DNA from: an uncultured Staphylococcaceae bacterium
GTDB lineage: Bacteria > Bacillota_I > Bacilli_A > RFN20 > CAG-826
Assembly (NCBI GenBank): GCA_964608215.1
Contig: CAZSMV010000001.1
Span: forward strand, 1,410-65,409
Length of the DNA stretch: 64,000 nucleotides
Direction of reading: 5' to 3'
In this document: positions 8,965 through 17,459 of the stretch, piece by piece
Position numbering within the stretch: the first letter of the stretch is position 1
Layout of the letters: the number at the start of each line of letters is the position of its first letter
Position numbers and translations under genes: made by a program
Notes under the pieces: generated by a model
What the model was told of the DNA's origin: nothing
Seen by the model: only the letters and a program-made list of their open reading frames with translations
The model's database searches: none

Positions 8965-9238
8965 ATAATTAAATGAAAATCAAAGCAAACAAGATAAGAA
9001 AGAGCTAGAGAAATATTTAACTGTAGTTAAAAGCATTTTAGTCAAATTGGAACGATACCGAAAATTTCTTTCTGTACTGTTGTAGCCACGTGAGGAAAGA
9101 TGGTATGAAAAACGTCGTTGAGTACATGTTCCAAAGGTTCTATGGAACGTCCAAAAAAACAAATACGGCGAATCGTTCTTAAAAATGTCGATTTGGTCGT
9201 AAGCTTCGTCCCTTATTTGCGCCAATATTTAGAATAGT

Positions 9239-9267
9239 TTGACTTTTGGGGTGCAAATTAATATAAT
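9239..9267 (+). promoter_or_regulatory. sigma-A type promoter for the Fic/Doc-like gene
   Basis: TTGACT, 17 nt, TATAAT. The spacer contains GGGGTGCAAA. Confidence 0.6.
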
Positions 9268-9301
9268 TATCATAAAAATTCACCCTAAAAGAGAGATTAA
9301 T

Positions 9302-10240
9302 ATGGATAATCAATATTTGCAAATTCAAACGTTGTTAGAACAAAGAGCAGAAATTAATGCAAGATTAAATTTGATTCCTTATGATGGTTCCATTGAAATA
9401 AAGGATAGAGATGGAAAAAAATATATTTATATTAGAAAACGTATTTTAGGTCGTAATACATCTACTTATGTTGATTTATATTCCGATGAACTTTTTGCTT
9501 CAATCTCTAGATTATTAAAAGATAGAAAAGAATATAAGAAGCAAATTAGAAAAATAAATAATAAATTAGTAAAGTTAGGTTATACTGAACAAGAATTATC
9601 TTCTAGAGTCTTATTAAATATTGATTTTGCTAGAGCTAATATGAAATCAAATATATATGATCAAGCTATACTTGAAGGCATTGCTACTACGTTTCCTGAC
9701 ACCGAAACAATTATTGAAAATGGAAAAGTTAGTGGAATGACCTCAACGGATGTGCAAAAAATATTAAATTTAAAACATGCTTGGGAATTTATTATGGATA
9801 AAGATGTAGTAGCATCTAAATCAAGTTATTCGATCCTTTGTTATATAGCTAGTCTTGTTAATGAGGGATTTTATACTTATGGTGGTAGAATTAGATGTGT
9901 TCCTGTAACAATTGGAGGAACATCTTATATTCCGCCAATACCAAATGAAAATGTTATCAAAGAAAAGATTAAGGAAATATTAAATAAAAATGATGAACCA
10001 GTTAATATAGCAATTGAGCTTTGTTTATATTGCATGAAAACTCAAATTTTTAATGATGGAAATAAAAGAGCCTCAGTAATATTTGTTAACCATTTTTTAA
10101 TTTCAAAAGGAGCAGGATTATTGGTTATTCCAGAGAGTAAAGTTCCTGAATTTAAGAAAATGTTAGTTACTTATTATGAAGATAGAGATAATGGTGAAAT
10201 ATTAGAATTCATGAAAAAATATTGTTGGAAAAATTTTTAA
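9302..10240 (+). CDS. Fic/Doc (Fido) family protein with a variant active-site motif
   Basis: QIFNDGNKRASV aligns to the Doc-type H.F.(D/N)(A/G)NKR motif, with Gln where the His is expected. The preceding GGRIRCVPVTIGGTSYIPPIP matches the Fic core. Start moved to ATG 9302 because the TTG at 9239 is the -35 box. Confidence 0.7.
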   Translation: MDNQYLQIQTLLEQRAEINARLNLIPYDGSIEIKDRDGKKYIYIRKRILGRNTSTYVDLYSDELFASISRLLKDRKEYKKQIRKINNKLVKLGYTEQELSSRVLLNIDFARANMKSNIYDQAILEGIATTFPDTETIIENGKVSGMTSTDVQKILNLKHAWEFIMDKDVVASKSSYSILCYIASLVNEGFYTYGGRIRCVPVTIGGTSYIPPIPNENVIKEKIKEILNKNDEPVNIAIELCLYCMKTQIFNDGNKRASVIFVNHFLISKGAGLLVIPESKVPEFKKMLVTYYEDRDNGEILEFMKKYCWKNF

Positions 10241-10393
10241 TAGGGTGCAATTACATTTAATAAAACAAAAATCACTCCACAAACTGTCATTGATGATTTT
10301 ATTTATTAATAAGCACAGGAACAAATGGATTTATAGTGTACACACACCCTATAAAAGAAAAAAAGCTATTAAATTGAAAGAGAGGTTCATAGT

Positions 10394-11035
10394 ATGAAAG
10401 ATGGAAAAATGCCTAATCCAAATAAAAGAAATCCTATTGCAGGATACGATAAAGAAATATATATAAAGCCAACAATAAAGAATAAAAATATTATTGTAGG
10501 AGATTTTTCATATATTGCAGATTCTGATTTTGAAAGTCATGTAACACATCATTACGATTGGAATGATGATAAATTAATTATAGGAAAATTTTGTCAGATA
10601 GCATCGGGTGTTGAATTTATTATGAATGGAGCAAATCATCAAATGAATTCGGTTTCAACGTTTCCATTTTATACTTTAGAAGGATGGGAACAAACACCAC
10701 CAACACAAAATGACTTACCAATAAAGGGAGATACTATCATTGGCAATGATGTATGGATAGGACAAAATGCAACTATTCTTCCAGGAGTTCATATTGGAGA
10801 TGGTGCAATAATTGGTGCTAATAGTGTTGTTGGAAGTAATGTTGATCCATATACAATAGTTGCAGGAAATCCTGCAAAAGTAATAAGAAAAAGATTTGAT
10901 GATGAACTAATAGAAAGTATGGAAAAATTAAAATGGTGGGATAAGGGCATTGATGAAATAAACAAACTAATTCCCATCTTGACTTGTGGTGATTTGGATA
11001 AAGTGAAGTCTGAAATAAAAAAGCAATTAGATTGA
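10394..11035 (+). CDS. vat: Vat-family streptogramin A O-acetyltransferase (xenobiotic hexapeptide-repeat acetyltransferase)
   Basis: HHYDWNDDKLIIGKFCQIASGVEFIMNGANHQM...FPF...LPIKGDTIIGNDVWIGQNATILPGVHIGDGAIIGANSVV...VAGNPAKVIRKRF closely follows the VatD-type sequence pattern. Length is 213 aa. SD GAGAGG. Confidence 0.85.
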   Translation: MKDGKMPNPNKRNPIAGYDKEIYIKPTIKNKNIIVGDFSYIADSDFESHVTHHYDWNDDKLIIGKFCQIASGVEFIMNGANHQMNSVSTFPFYTLEGWEQTPPTQNDLPIKGDTIIGNDVWIGQNATILPGVHIGDGAIIGANSVVGSNVDPYTIVAGNPAKVIRKRFDDELIESMEKLKWWDKGIDEINKLIPILTCGDLDKVKSEIKKQLD

Positions 11036-11144
11036 TAGACTTTGATTTGATAAGTTAATTAAGTTAATAGCAAAAGAAATCAAGGATGAATCGAATTACT
11101 TAATTGATTTAATTATTTTTGCCGATGATATCGACATTTTTTAG

Positions 11145-11194
11145 GGGTGCTAAAAATTTACACGATTTGAAGTGAATTTTTACACGATTTAGCA
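11145..11194. repeat. right copy of the 24-nt direct repeat (11145-11168) plus a second TTTACACGATTT (11179-11190) ending in TTTAGCA
   Basis: Read directly. GGGTGCTAAAAATTTACACGATTT. Confidence 0.85.
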
Positions 11195-11245
11195 TGGTAA
11201 AAGTGCAATATTATATTTACATAGACTATAAAACAATAAATGAGA

Positions 11246-12547
11246 TTAGAACATTATTACAAGGCCAATAACAGAGCCAATTAAAGCAATCAAACAAATA
11301 ATAGATCCATATTTCATGAATGAAAGGAATGAAAAATCTAATCCATATTTCTTTAATATTGACATCCACATGATCCCAGCCAAAGCTCCTATTGGAGTAA
11401 GATAGGCACCGATATTAGATCCGATGATTGTTGAAAACAAAGCAACCTCGCTTTTACCTTCTAAGATAGAAGAGAACAAGACAGCCATTGGAATGTTGTT
11501 GATGAGATTGTCAAACAAGACTGAAGAGATTGTATATGTAAAAGCTTCAGCATATTTGTTGATGGACATAGAATCTAAAAAACTTTGAAAATAAGATATA
11601 ACGCCATTTTCTTTTAAAGCAAAGACAAGAACAAACATGGAAAGTATAAAAGGAATTAGGTTGTATGGTAATCTTTTATATGTCTTCAATAAGTATGATG
11701 AATCATGTTTTTTGATAGAATAGATAAGTAAAATTAAAGAAAGAATAAGCATTGAACTTAGACATATAATCCACATTTCAAGTTGAATATAGTTAGATAT
11801 TACTAAAAGAATAGTAGTTAAAGTCAATATAACAAGATTAATAATAACTAATGGTTTGTTTTTTAGTTTGACTTCTTTAATTTCAATCTCTTCGATCTTC
11901 TTAGAGAGAGACTTTCTAAAAATCAAAAGAATAATAATCATAGTTAATATACCAGCTAGTAAGGTAGGAAGACACATTTTGGATAAGTAATATAAAAAAC
12001 TAATATTCATATTAGCTGATAGGTAAATGTTTGTTGGATTGCCAATAGAAAATAACATTGAATATGTATTGGCGTTAACAAATTCGCATATTAAATAAGG
12101 AAGAGGATTTATCTTGGCTTTTTTACTAAATAAAAGAATAAATGGAGTAAAAGTAAGAATGACAATATCATTGGAGGTAAATATAGTCAAAAAAGCTACC
12201 AAAAAATAGATAGAAAAGAATATCTTATATTGGTTTCCTTTAGCTTTGTTTAAAACTTTACTAGATAAATAATTAAAGAAATTAAGTTCATCTAATGATA
12301 TTGAGATCATCGATAAGGAAATGAATAAAACCAATATCTTGATAGGGTTCATACTACCACTTGTCATCGAACTAAATAAAGAGGATACATTGATTGTATT
12401 ACTGCATATAATAATTAAGGCACCTAATAGAGTAACAATCCAAAAAGTCTGGACTGTTATTTTATTAATTTTTAATGATGGGAAGAATATAATACAGCCG
12501 ATCATTAACACGATAGTGAGTATAAATATAACAATTGAAAGAATCAT
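11246..12547 (-). CDS. ArsB/NhaD (CitMHS-like) superfamily permease
   Basis: 433 aa, polytopic, about 10-12 TM helices. SIGNPTNIYLS and GSNIGAYLTPIGALAG resemble the duplicated hairpin-loop motifs of this superfamily. Confidence 0.6.
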   Translation of the reverse strand: MILSIVIFILTIVLMIGCIIFFPSLKINKITVQTFWIVTLLGALIIICSNTINVSSLFSSMTSGSMNPIKILVLFISLSMISISLDELNFFNYLSSKVLNKAKGNQYKIFFSIYFLVAFLTIFTSNDIVILTFTPFILLFSKKAKINPLPYLICEFVNANTYSMLFSIGNPTNIYLSANMNISFLYYLSKMCLPTLLAGILTMIIILLIFRKSLSKKIEEIEIKEVKLKNKPLVIINLVILTLTTILLVISNYIQLEMWIICLSSMLILSLILLIYSIKKHDSSYLLKTYKRLPYNLIPFILSMFVLVFALKENGVISYFQSFLDSMSINKYAEAFTYTISSVLFDNLINNIPMAVLFSSILEGKSEVALFSTIIGSNIGAYLTPIGALAGIMWMSILKKYGLDFSFLSFMKYGSIICLIALIGSVIGLVIMF

Positions 12548-12715
12548 AAATTAAACTCAATTATTATATTCATATTAATATTCGATTCAATTGTTTTATA
12601 GCTTTTAAGGATATTCCATGTAGTTAAATTATATTAAGGATATTTTATTTAAGTTTATAAAGTTATATTAATTACTCTATAAAAAATTTGTTAATGTAAT
12701 AATGAAAATGTCTGC

Positions 12716-13010
12716 ATGCCCGCTTTAGAAAATCATTCTCTATTGGACTTATGTGGTGATTTTTGGAATGAAGAAAATTGTGCATCTATTAAAAAATTAA
12801 ATGTTGATGTTGTTTTGTGGCATGTTTATAGCGATTTTAATTATAAAGAGCGCAATACATTAATTAAATTGAATATTAAAAACAAGCAGCCAAAATCCGT
12901 GATATGTTCTTTATGTAAATTCCTATTGTTTTAATACTGAAGATAATAGGAATTGCACGTGGAGGTACCGTTTTATTTCAAGATGGGAAGATTATTTTTT
13001 GAATCGCATG
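12716..13010 (+). pseudogene. possible decayed carbon-nitrogen hydrolase (nitrilase-superfamily) fragment
   Basis: LLDLCGDFWNEE...VDVVLW resembles the catalytic-Cys strand (ICYD..FPE). A second piece, IARGGTVLFQDGKIIF, lies in another frame. No intact ORF. Confidence 0.3.
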
Positions 13011-13136
13011 CGCCGGTAAAAAAGATGTTCTAATTATTTAGTTTGAATAAGGGTAAAACCAAAACAGTATTTATGTGTGTTCCAAACAAATCTACTTTAG
13101 GTTCATTGGCGATTAAAATTGTAAAACTATAAAATG

Positions 13137-13164
13137 ACCGGATTGTCATAAAAGACAACCCGGT
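13137..13164. terminator. stem-loop downstream of the minus-strand lipoprotein gene
   Basis: 11-bp stem ACCGGATTGTC/GACAACCCGGT (1 mismatch), 6-nt loop. Modest U-run on the minus strand. Confidence 0.45.
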
Positions 13165-13216
13165 TAATTTTATAGAGTCTCATTTATTTGAACAGGTTTA
13201 ATAGTTTATTTTTAAA

Positions 13217-15580
13217 TTAATAGACTGTTACAACAAGATGCACATGTCCATCGCTTGTTTGATATACATAGAATGTAAGTGATATGTTATAGGTATATCC
13301 TTCTTGATATGCTAATTCTGATGGGTTTGTAAATGAATAGCCAATACTTTGACATGAAATTTCATTATCATTTGAATCATGCCATATATCGTCTTCCCAA
13401 TCACAATCAACCATATCTCCATTTTCGTTTTCAGTTTGATATACTTTAAAACCCTCAGGAATGACATCAGTTTTTATTAATGCTTTTAGTTCATCTAAAG
13501 TAGTTGAAGTTCCACAATCATAAGTTTTAACATATTTACCATTGCCTAATTCATCTTCTTTATAACTTGCTGATGTTTGTGTATAACCTTTATTAACTAA
13601 AGTTGTATCAATAGAAGTTGAAACATCTTCGGTTTTATATGCTAAAAGTTTTGTAGTTTTCACTATACATGTTGCAGTTTTAGCTTTACCATCAACTATA
13701 ATAGAAGCAGTAATAGTAGCAGTTAATCCTTCTTCGCAATCACTAGCAACTGTAACTTTACCAGTTTCATCAACAGTAATTTTACCTGTAGTATCGCTAC
13801 ATGAATACATTACATCATGTGGAAGCATTTTCTTGATTAAGTTAAGTTGTGTTTCTTCTCCAATGTATACCTCAACTTCAGATGATTCAAATTCAAATTG
13901 TTTTTCATGAATATTTCCTGAACCATATCCAATTTGAATATATGTTGGTCCTTCATCATCGTGAGATGGGTTTGAATATCCACTAAATTTAATAGAAACT
14001 GAACCTGTTGGATCTTCATAATATGTATCTCCCCACATATCATAATCCATATACCACCCAGCTTTATATAATATATTTTCATAAGCATCTCTGCCTTTGA
14101 AATTTACATCATATATTGAAATTTGAAGATATATATTTTGTTTAGCCAATTTATCAGCCATTACTTTAATTTCATCTTCTGTAGGATTGTCAGGAAGATC
14201 GTAGTAAGAAGGATAATTTTTACATTCATTTAGATAATATTCATAATAAGTAGAATAATCATCTAATCCAACCATTTCTGATTTTAGTTTTTTACCTGTT
14301 TGAGGAATTAATGAATCATTTAATTCTGGAATTGTAACTCCATCAATTTTTAAAGTTGATAAAGCACTACTAATTGTGCTTGTTGGCCAATTTTGTGAGA
14401 ATGAACTTGTTGGAATAGCAGGAGTAATAACGAGTTGAACGCCAATATTTTGAGAATCTGAATCTTTTAAGTAGTATGAATCAATTGCAGCTGTTTCATC
14501 CCAATTAAATCCAATCCAATTAAGGTTATCATCTAAATAATTATCATAATCAAATTCGTTACTAAGATTAACTGTATAGATGAAATATGAATCATTCTTT
14601 TTAAAAACTTGGTATGTTCCATTTGTTGCAATATCAAATTGAGGAATTTCAAGTCCTGTTTTTTGTTTGATTTCAGAAATAACTTCTGTTGGCCAAGAAG
14701 TATAACTTGTTTCATTTGGCAAATAATAGAAATAGAAGTTATTACCATTTAAATAATAAATTATTGCTTGAATTGCAGAACCATCTTTCAATTTCTTAGT
14801 TAAAATATAGGAGTTATATTGATTACTTAATGATTTATCTAATATATAGCCATCATTTTCTAATAATTTAGAGTATTCATTAGATAAATCTTTATAATAA
14901 GTATCGTAAATTGTTAAACCATTATAATTTGATTTGTATACATTGTTAGATGCGCCAAGATTGATGAATGGTAATGTAGTAGTGATTGCATCTTGCATAA
15001 TAGCTGTTTGAGAATCGTTCCAAGCCGTTTCTTCAGTAGTTTTTGCTGATAAATCGTTATAACATTTTAAAACGTTAGCAGAAAATTCATTTCCATCATC
15101 ATCGCTATTGCTTTGTGAGAAAAAGTATTGAATTTCATACCCCATGGTTTTGTCTTCATTTGCTTTTGTAACTTCAACAAAAGGAGCACCATTGGTATCA
15201 ACTTGAACTACATCTTTGTTATAGCCTGTGATTGCTTCCCAACCAAATTCTTCTAATTGAAGATAATAATCTTGAACAGTAAAACTTTTTGCATGATCAT
15301 AGATTTGGACATAAGATAATTCATTATAAGAATCTTCGACTAGTTCTACTACGACTTCCCCCTCAAATAAATCAACTGGGTAAGGTATAACTTCCCCGCA
15401 ATAAGTTTTTAATAATTGTTTTTGTTCATCGGTCCACATTTCAAAGTGTCCATTTGGGGTAGTATCATCTGGATCAACTGTAGTATCAGATTTAGTATCA
15501 TTACATGAAGTTAAACTACTAACTAAGCCAAATAAACATAAAGCGGATAGACAAACAATTCTAATTTTGTTTTTCTTCAT
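13217..15580 (-). CDS. 787-aa surface lipoprotein with a Big_2-like Ig domain
   Basis: Signal peptide plus lipobox LTSC. VEVYIGEETQLNL...YSCSDTTGKITVDETGKVTVAS...TATITAS resembles a bacterial Ig-like group 2 domain. Confidence 0.8.
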   Translation of the reverse strand: MKKNKIRIVCLSALCLFGLVSSLTSCNDTKSDTTVDPDDTTPNGHFEMWTDEQKQLLKTYCGEVIPYPVDLFEGEVVVELVEDSYNELSYVQIYDHAKSFTVQDYYLQLEEFGWEAITGYNKDVVQVDTNGAPFVEVTKANEDKTMGYEIQYFFSQSNSDDDGNEFSANVLKCYNDLSAKTTEETAWNDSQTAIMQDAITTTLPFINLGASNNVYKSNYNGLTIYDTYYKDLSNEYSKLLENDGYILDKSLSNQYNSYILTKKLKDGSAIQAIIYYLNGNNFYFYYLPNETSYTSWPTEVISEIKQKTGLEIPQFDIATNGTYQVFKKNDSYFIYTVNLSNEFDYDNYLDDNLNWIGFNWDETAAIDSYYLKDSDSQNIGVQLVITPAIPTSSFSQNWPTSTISSALSTLKIDGVTIPELNDSLIPQTGKKLKSEMVGLDDYSTYYEYYLNECKNYPSYYDLPDNPTEDEIKVMADKLAKQNIYLQISIYDVNFKGRDAYENILYKAGWYMDYDMWGDTYYEDPTGSVSIKFSGYSNPSHDDEGPTYIQIGYGSGNIHEKQFEFESSEVEVYIGEETQLNLIKKMLPHDVMYSCSDTTGKITVDETGKVTVASDCEEGLTATITASIIVDGKAKTATCIVKTTKLLAYKTEDVSTSIDTTLVNKGYTQTSASYKEDELGNGKYVKTYDCGTSTTLDELKALIKTDVIPEGFKVYQTENENGDMVDCDWEDDIWHDSNDNEISCQSIGYSFTNPSELAYQEGYTYNISLTFYVYQTSDGHVHLVVTVY

Positions 15581-15805
15581 ACCATTTTTCCTTTCTTATT
15601 TGAAAGATTTTATTCCTTATCTATCATAAAAAAAATAAGTAATACTTAATTTTTTTAATATTGTTTTAACCAAAGTATTTGTTTATGTTTATTAGAAATA
15701 TTTTATTTTTATATATAAGTTGATAATTAGTATATTATTAGTAGATATTTATGTAATGAATATTTTTTTATTGTTTAAATAGTGCTTAATTTATGCAGGT
15801 AAAAG

Positions 15806-15834
15806 TTGCATGAAGCATCTTCGAAATATAAAAT
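15806..15834 (+). promoter_or_regulatory. sigma-A type promoter immediately upstream of the PAP2 gene
   Basis: TTGCAT, 17 nt, TAAAAT. The -10 box ends 9 nt before the ATG at 15844, and no SD is present. Confidence 0.45.
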
Positions 15835-15843
15835 ATATCTTAT

Positions 15844-16773
15844 ATGAAAAAGTATTTAAAAATTTATAATTCTATTTTTACAATATTATTTATTATTTTG
15901 ATTAGTGGAGTAATTTTATCATCTTTTTTTGATTTAAAAATTAATATAGCAATTACTAATTTTAATAGTGCATTTGGAATGATTTGTGCAAGCTTTGGAC
16001 AATTGCCTTGTTGGTGCATGATGAGTTTTTTTGGGATAATGGCTTTTAGAATTTCGCATCTTATAAAAAGAAAAATTTATAAAATTTTATTGATTATTTT
16101 TTCATTTTTTATAATAGGTGTTTCTACTTACTTGATTTTTAATGATATGAATAGCCAATATAATGGTTTTTATAAGATTAGTAACTTTTATATTAGAATT
16201 GTTCTAGCCTTTTTGTTTGAAATTATAATGTGTTTTATTGGATATAAACTCATAAATACGGATGACTTAAGTGTATTACTAAGATTGTGGATTATATTAA
16301 TGATTACATTTTTTATTGGGTTATTAATTGTCTTTATTATGAAAAGGATTTGGGCAAGGCCAAGATATAGATTAATCTATAATGGTTGCAATAGTTATAC
16401 TGTTTTTGAATTGTTTAAACCATGGTATAAAGTTGGACCAGGATTAACTGAAAGTTTGTATTTAGATGAAATAAATAGTGACGACTTTAGATCATTTCCA
16501 TCAGGGCATAGTTATGATAGTATGGCAAGCATATTAATTTCGTATATTCCATTTTTAAATAGAAACCAAAAAGATAAACCATGGATTAGTTGTTTAATAC
16601 TAGGAATTACATCTTGTTATGCATTGATTATTGGATTCTCGCGTATTTTGTATGGAGCACATTTTTTAAGTGACGTTTGTTTTGGAGGCCTTATTTGTAT
16701 AAGTTGTGCCTTTATTATCCCTTATATTGGATTTAAAATCAGTTTGAGAAAAGAAAATGTTAAGAATTGTTAA
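15844..16773 (+). CDS. PAP2-family membrane phosphatase
   Basis: PSGHS and SRILYGAHFLSD (SR...H...D) acid-phosphatase motifs. Multiple TM helices. Confidence 0.75.
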   Translation: MKKYLKIYNSIFTILFIILISGVILSSFFDLKINIAITNFNSAFGMICASFGQLPCWCMMSFFGIMAFRISHLIKRKIYKILLIIFSFFIIGVSTYLIFNDMNSQYNGFYKISNFYIRIVLAFLFEIIMCFIGYKLINTDDLSVLLRLWIILMITFFIGLLIVFIMKRIWARPRYRLIYNGCNSYTVFELFKPWYKVGPGLTESLYLDEINSDDFRSFPSGHSYDSMASILISYIPFLNRNQKDKPWISCLILGITSCYALIIGFSRILYGAHFLSDVCFGGLICISCAFIIPYIGFKISLRKENVKNC

Positions 16774-17254
16774 ATTAAATTTATATAATTTCAAATTATT
16801 TCGTGTTTTGATAGATGAATGGACTAAATATGATGATAAATTAGACATTTTTTTAAGTGAAACTTTAAAAATAAATAAGGAATTTAAACCTGTTGATATT
16901 GTTCAAATTATTCAAAAAGAAGAAAAAAGACAATATATGAATGTTAATCCAGGTACTCTTTATTTTCTTTTTGATACAAATGAAAATGCTTTTGTTGGAT
17001 TTTCTCGCGTATCGTTTACTATTGTTGAAGAAGATAATAAAGATTTCAATATTGAAGCAAAAATATGTCCTAAATTTAAAAATAGAAATTATGAATCAGT
17101 CTTTATTGATTTGCTAAGTAAAATATTTAAAGAAAGAAACAATTTTTTGCCAATTTATAGATTTTATAAAGAAGATATAACTTTTTGTGAAATTTTACAT
17201 TCAAAAAATATGTCTTTAGTTAAATCTACGGATAAATACATTTTTTTTAAATAA
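16757..17254 (+). CDS. hypothetical protein, possibly GNAT-like
   Basis: 165 aa, with a 17-nt overlap with the PAP2 gene. FVGFSRV...AKICPKFKNRNYESVFIDLL is weakly reminiscent of GNAT motif A. Confidence 0.4.
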   Translation: MLRIVKLNLYNFKLFRVLIDEWTKYDDKLDIFLSETLKINKEFKPVDIVQIIQKEEKRQYMNVNPGTLYFLFDTNENAFVGFSRVSFTIVEEDNKDFNIEAKICPKFKNRNYESVFIDLLSKIFKERNNFLPIYRFYKEDITFCEILHSKNMSLVKSTDKYIFFK

Positions 17255-17459
17255 TTTCCTTAAGTTTTTGTTTATTAAATTATCATGTAAAATGCTTAGA
17301 TTTCAAATTTGATTTTTTATTGTCGCTATCGTTTGTTTTTTAAATTTAAAGTTTTAATGTTTTATCAGCGAAAGATGCATTAATTTAAAAGAATTGTTTT
17401 TTGATAAAAAAGCTTTACTTTCAGTGGTAAAAAATAACCAACTTTAATATAATATTTGC

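Noticed and set aside
8980-9225. 81-aa minus-strand ORF treated as a real gene
   Set aside because: It is more likely frameshifted debris of the IS66 transposase, and it has no start context. It is covered under the pseudogene finding instead.
9239-9301. Upstream N-terminal extensions proposed by the ORF track at 9239, 24573, 27198, 27182, 37104, 43780, 51239, 52024 and 53341
   Set aside because: The extensions start at TTG or at distant ATG codons. They overlap promoter boxes or upstream genes, and they add residues absent from the conserved family N-termini. Internal ATG codons with a better context were used instead.
12321-12554. Other embedded or overlapping track ORFs: 5498-5683, 10789-10977, 12321-12554, 13837-14088, 14533-14748, 16666-16848, 21427-21651, 24720-25007, 26265-26474, 26567-26824, 29701-29979, 30712-30915, 32742-33041, 33085-33300, 41199-41390, 50834-51028, 52262-52468, 55009-55200, 57356-57550, 58195-58494, 58955-59176, 60348-60542, 60692-60880, 62306-62548, 62341-62559
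   Set aside because: Each lies inside or antisense to a longer gene with recognisable conserved motifs. None has its own SD or promoter.
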